Source of the DNA: an uncultured Clostridia bacterium
Lineage (GTDB): Bacteria; Bacillota; Clostridia; Christensenellales; UBA1242
Reading direction: 5' to 3'
Length of the DNA stretch: 64,000 nucleotides
Assembly: GCA_934746645.1 (NCBI GenBank)
Contig: CAKVFE010000003.1
Span: 68,997 to 132,996 of the forward strand
Part shown: one piece after another, positions 61,555 through 64,000 of the stretch
Layout of the letters: each line of letters starts with the position of its first letter
How positions within the stretch are numbered: position 1 is the first letter of the stretch
The notes under the pieces: model-generated
The model's database searches: none
Told to the model about the DNA's origin: nothing
Seen by the model: only the letters and a program-made list of their open reading frames with translations
Position numbers and translations under genes: made by a program

Positions 61555-61586
61555 AAAGGGTATGTTTAACATATCCTTTTTTTTTA
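61555..61586 (+). terminator. Rho-independent terminator
   Basis: AAGGGTATG/CATATCCTT hairpin plus T9. Confidence 0.75.
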
Positions 61587-61672
61587 TAACAATTAAACAA
61601 CTTGCAGTTTATTATTGAATTTGAAAAGATTGTATGATATAATCACTCATAAATTTTGTTATGAGGTGTATG

Positions 61673-61987
61673 ATGGATTTAAATCAAGTACAAAAGAGAA
61701 TTGTTGAAAATAAGATAAAACACGGTTTTAATACAACCAATATGTATATGGAATTTTGTCTTTTAAATGGAGAAGTTGCAGAAGCATTTGACGCTTACAA
61801 TAAAGGAAAAGATGATTTGGGAAGTGAACTTGCTGATGTCGCTATATATCTTATGGGTATATCAGAGTTGTTGGGCTTTTCTTTAGAAGATGAGATAAAT
61901 AAAAAATTGGACATCAACGAACGCAGAGTGTATAAAAAAGTTAATGGCGTTTATGTTAAGGAATTGTTGGATAAAAAAGAAGATTAA
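61673..61987 (+). CDS. Small MazG-like nucleotide pyrophosphohydrolase domain protein
   Basis: EVAEAFDA…ELADVAIYL resembles the MazG E-x-x-E…E-x-x-D metal-binding helices. GAGG RBS; start is 61670 or 61673. Confidence 0.55.
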   Translation: MDLNQVQKRIVENKIKHGFNTTNMYMEFCLLNGEVAEAFDAYNKGKDDLGSELADVAIYLMGISELLGFSLEDEINKKLDINERRVYKKVNGVYVKELLDKKED

Positions 61988-62001
61988 TAATATCGTAATA
62001 A

Positions 62002-62032
62002 AAGCTTATAGTTAAAAACTATAAGTTTTTTT
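62002..62032 (+). terminator. Rho-independent terminator
   Basis: AAGCTTATAGT/ACTATAAGTTT hairpin plus T-run. Confidence 0.8.
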
Positions 62033-62186
62033 ATTTAATTGAGTATATAAATATTTGCAATTTTTGTATATCTATAATACAATATTATGTAAGAAAGGTA
62101 AGAAAAGTAAGACGATGAAGAAATAAAAGTCTTACATTTACTATAAATTACTAAGGTAAATAAATTACATTTATAAAGGAGATATT

Positions 62187-62411
62187 ATGACTCAAAACAA
62201 TGACAATGGTAAATATATCTGGACAACAAAAGTGAGCAATAAAGGTCAGATAGTTATACCTAAAGAAGCAAGAGATGTGTTTGATATAAAAGAAGGTGAC
62301 ACACTTATTATGTTTGGAGATATTGAAAAAGGTATTGCATTAGCAAAATACGATGATTATTTAAAGTTTGCTGAAGCAATTTTCAATGCTAAAAATGGAG
62401 ATAAAAAGTAA
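62187..62411 (+). CDS. AbrB/MazE/SpoVT-family DNA-binding domain protein
   Basis: KVSNKGQIVIPKEARDVFDIKEGD swapped-hairpin motif. Stop overlaps the next start (TAATG). Confidence 0.65.
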   Translation: MTQNNDNGKYIWTTKVSNKGQIVIPKEARDVFDIKEGDTLIMFGDIEKGIALAKYDDYLKFAEAIFNAKNGDKK

Positions 62412-63124
62412 TGATAGAAATCAAAAATTTATCAAAATATTATGGTAAGTTGTGTGCAGTTGACAATGTCAATATGACTATTGATGACAACAAATGTTTT
62501 GCATTATTGGGACTTAATGGTGCAGGCAAAACAACATTGATTAGTGTACTAACCACTCAATTAAAACCTAGCTCTGGTACAGCAATTATCAATGGTAAAG
62601 ATTTGTTGACAGAGTCTAATGATATAAAAAAGATAATCAATATTTCGCCACAAGAAAGTGCAGTCGCTAAAAATCTTACTGTTAGGGAAAATCTACAGTT
62701 AATATCAGATTTGTATGATATTAAAGATAGTCAATCAAAAATTGATAAAGTAATTGAAGAATTTGGTCTTAAAGAAAAAACCGATACTATATGTAAAAAA
62801 CTTAGTGGTGGACAAATAAGAAGATTGAGTATTGCACTTGCTATTATAACCGAACCACAAATTTTGTTTTTAGACGAACCTACTTTAGGACTAGATGTAA
62901 AGGCAAGAAAAACATTGTGGGAAATAATTGAAAAATTAAAAAATAGTATGACTATAGTTTTGACTACACATTATCTTGATGAAGTTGAACATTTAGCTGA
63001 TGAAGTAGCCATTATTAGTCGTGGCAAAATAATGATTAAAGGGACAATAGACTTTATAAAAGAAAAGACAAATACTGACTCTTTGGAAAATGCATTTTTA
63101 AAGTTGAGTGAGGAGGAAGAATAA
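62411..63124 (+). CDS. ABC transporter ATP-binding protein
   Basis: Walker A GLNGAGKTT, signature LSGGQIRR, Walker B ILFLDEPT. Confidence 0.92.
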   Translation: MIEIKNLSKYYGKLCAVDNVNMTIDDNKCFALLGLNGAGKTTLISVLTTQLKPSSGTAIINGKDLLTESNDIKKIINISPQESAVAKNLTVRENLQLISDLYDIKDSQSKIDKVIEEFGLKEKTDTICKKLSGGQIRRLSIALAIITEPQILFLDEPTLGLDVKARKTLWEIIEKLKNSMTIVLTTHYLDEVEHLADEVAIISRGKIMIKGTIDFIKEKTNTDSLENAFLKLSEEEE

Positions 63125-63864
63125 TGAAAAAGTTGATTTCTTTAACCAAACGCAATATGAAAGAAATGTTGCGTGACCCACTTAGTCTTGTATTTTGTTT
63201 GGCTTTTCCAGTAGTTATGCTTGTATTGATGCAGTCTATATTTTTAAGTTTTGAAAATATCCCTGACAACTTTTTAATAGAAAATTATGCAAGTGGTATT
63301 TGTGTTTTTGGATATACATTTATAGGTATGTTTGTCGCTCTTCAAATAGCTTCAGATAAAAATACATCATTTATTAAAAGACTTAATATTGCACCTATTA
63401 ATAAGTTGGTGTATTATTTAAGCTTTGTATTTTCTGCATTGCCATTGGCAATATTACAATCAATAATATTTTTTGCCATAGCTTTAATATTTGGTTTTCC
63501 ATTCAATATTAATCTATTGTTGTCAATTATATATTTGATACCATCTGCTTTATTGTATATAAGTCTTGGTATTATGATTGGTGTTATATGTAACAACGAA
63601 AAACAAACAGGACCTATATCATCAATATTTATCTCTTTGACTGGTATAATGGGTGGTGTATTTATGCCATTGTCTGCATTGAAAGGTGGGATAAAAGTGG
63701 TTGTTAATATTTTGCCTTTTTCACATTCGACACTTATAGCAAGTCAACTTCATACTTTGGGAGCAAAAGCTATATATCCACATATTTTGTACTTATTATT
63801 GTATATAGTGTTATTTTTAACTATTGCAGTTGTAGTTGAACACATAAAAAGTAAAAAGAAATAA
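63124..63864 (+). CDS. ABC-2 type transporter permease
   Basis: Six predicted TM helices. Start overlaps the ATPase stop (TAATG). Confidence 0.75.
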   Translation: MKKLISLTKRNMKEMLRDPLSLVFCLAFPVVMLVLMQSIFLSFENIPDNFLIENYASGICVFGYTFIGMFVALQIASDKNTSFIKRLNIAPINKLVYYLSFVFSALPLAILQSIIFFAIALIFGFPFNINLLLSIIYLIPSALLYISLGIMIGVICNNEKQTGPISSIFISLTGIMGGVFMPLSALKGGIKVVVNILPFSHSTLIASQLHTLGAKAIYPHILYLLLYIVLFLTIAVVVEHIKSKKK

Positions 63865-63910
63865 GTGGTTTATGTAGATTAATTAGTGTGAAATGATTTT
63901 ATAATTAAAA

Positions 63911-63939
63911 AAAAGATGTTCTTAACAACATCTTTTTTT
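63911..63939 (+). terminator. Rho-independent terminator
   Basis: AAGATGTT-CTTAAC-AACATCTT plus T-run. Confidence 0.8.
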
Positions 63940-64000
63940 ACTAATTTTATATCTAATATTGTTATAGGTTATTATGTATGTAATTATAAAAATATAATAA

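Overview
This is a low-GC segment of a Bacillota-type chromosome that uses the standard genetic code (TGA is a stop, Trp is TGG). Coding is dense and almost entirely on the + strand. Most of the window is core housekeeping in classic Firmicute synteny: fba, gap, mnmA, S-box riboswitch-metK, yigZ-recX-acpS, a mazF toxin pair, T-box(Ile)-ileS (long form), groES-groEL (minus strand), lspA-rluD, tig-clpP-clpX, a six-tRNA operon (Gly-Arg-His-Gln-Lys-Leu), a CPA2 antiporter with mgtC, pgk-tpiA, secG-rnr-smpB-ssrA (tmRNA tag AENNTVLAAA), a patatin-like lipase, a ComEC-like MBL hydrolase, tkt and lon-engB. I saw no rRNA, CRISPR array, transposase or integrase. The stretch after a lone tRNA-Thr(CGT), about 54.5-61.6 kb, looks accessory and holds the best candidate for a new system. 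That candidate is a visibly AT-richer module with two parts. The first is a roughly 1090-codon gene (56783-60054) that fuses a Vsr/DUF559-like PD-(D/E)XK nuclease to a RecQ-family helicase and a large unassigned C-terminal region. The second is a 194-aa tail-anchored coiled-coil protein (60041-60625) that overlaps it by 14 nt. A UDG-superfamily DNA glycosylase lies upstream with no terminator in between. The fusion gene is split near its 5' end at an A7/G9 homopolymer pair; the G9 run is exceptional for this genome. This pattern fits a phase-variable on/off switch, transcriptional or translational slippage, or a homopolymer sequencing error. Secondary observations are a mazF toxin with a non-canonical upstream partner, several large orphan K/E-rich membrane or coiled-coil proteins, tandem zinc-ribbon paralogs behind paired palindromes, a shikimate-kinase-like protein with a degenerate P-loop, and a Cys-rich orphan protein.
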